Shown: positions 63,335 to 64,000 of the stretch, piece by piece
How the letters are laid out: every line of letters starts with the position of its first letter
How positions within the stretch are numbered: position 1 is the stretch's first letter
Notes under the pieces: model-generated
What the model was told of the DNA's origin: nothing
What the model saw: the letters and a program-made list of their open reading frames with translations, nothing else
Databases searched by the model: none
Position numbers and translations under genes: made by a program
Assembly (NCBI RefSeq): GCF_006345805.1
Contig: NC_042997.1
Location: 51,088,001-51,152,000, forward strand
From: Octopus sinensis
Taxonomy: Eukaryota
Reading direction: 5' to 3'
Length of the DNA stretch: 64,000 nucleotides

Positions 63335-64000
63335 ATGAATAACGGTCGAATGAACGCTGCAACCACGTGCGGTAACAGCCCTGTTACCACCACCACCACC
63401 ACCACTAACAACAACAACCACGAGACTACTACTGCTACCACCACCGCCTCCACCACCACCACCACCACCGCCACCTCATCCACTACCTCAACTACCGACA
63501 ACAACAACAATAACAATGACAACAAGAATAATAACATTTGCGCCACCATTTCGACATCTGCTGCCACGGCTGTCTCTTCTGCCACTGACACCACCGCCAA
63601 CAACAATAACAACAACAACAATCCCGTTCAGACCTTGTCTCCTCAAAGAACAAGAACTGAAGGGAATAAACAAAAGACTGTGACCACCAAACAAATTGAC
63701 AAAAGCTGCTTGAATACAGGGATAAACTATGCAAGTAATTTTCCACCCCTTCCTACTTGCACAATCACACCAAATACACCGATTTTACCAACTGCAGCCA
63801 ACAACAACATCACCACCAGTAACAACAATAACAAAACAACAACAAATTTCGCCGAGGCGATAAAAGAAAAAAAGACAACAGTATATTTTACTGCACAACA
63901 AATAAAAGACACGAACATTTTAATAACAGAAGTAGATGGTATAGTAAAAATAAACATACCACAAGAAATATTAGAAAATGAAAAAAAAAGAACAATTATT
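63335..64000 (+). CDS. Thr/Asn-rich open frame running off the window, probably ORF1 of a Tx1/L1-like element
   Basis: ATG at 63335 and 222 codons without a stop, to the window end; NFAEAIKEKK resembles the SYA(E)A-type ORF1 motif; CpG-rich leader with hairpins at ~63040-63330. Confidence 0.55.
   Translation, partial: MNNGRMNAATTCGNSPVTTTTTTTNNNNHETTTATTTASTTTTTTATSSTTSTTDNNNNNNDNKNNNICATISTSAATAVSSATDTTANNNNNNNNPVQTLSPQRTRTEGNKQKTVTTKQIDKSCLNTGINYASNFPPLPTCTITPNTPILPTAANNNITTSNNNNKTTTNFAEAIKEKKTTVYFTAQQIKDTNILITEVDGIVKINIPQEILENEKKRTII

Overview
AT-rich, microsatellite-dense animal genomic DNA. The repeat families suggest a coleoid cephalopod, probably Octopus (inference). One host gene is clearly supported: SGSH (N-sulphoglucosamine sulphohydrolase) on the minus strand. 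I reconstructed six coding exons with GT-AG boundaries and consistent phases (24527-24437, 18935-18803, 17138-17005, 14943-14793, 4701-4460, 2633-2458; 309 codons). Its 3' exon(s) lie left of the window. Almost everything else is transposon-derived: a Gypsy 3' end with LTR interrupting a piggyBac relic, eight R4/Dong-type REL retrotransposon copies from three families (nearly all sitting in (TAA)n), an RTE, a CR1-like RT, Tx1/L1-like elements, a Neptune-type Penelope element, one internally deleted and several non-autonomous Helitrons, mariner relics and SINEs. Main discoveries: (1) Type I hammerhead ribozymes in Penelope-type repeats, twice as sense/antisense inverted pairs, one pair in SGSH intron 1. 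(2) A CRESS-DNA-virus Rep-like N-terminus fused in frame, via a tandem array, to a CR1-like RT. (3) A 5S rRNA-headed SINE. (4) Several template-switch-type rearrangements and minisatellites at element junctions. All alignments and folds were done by eye; no database searches were run.
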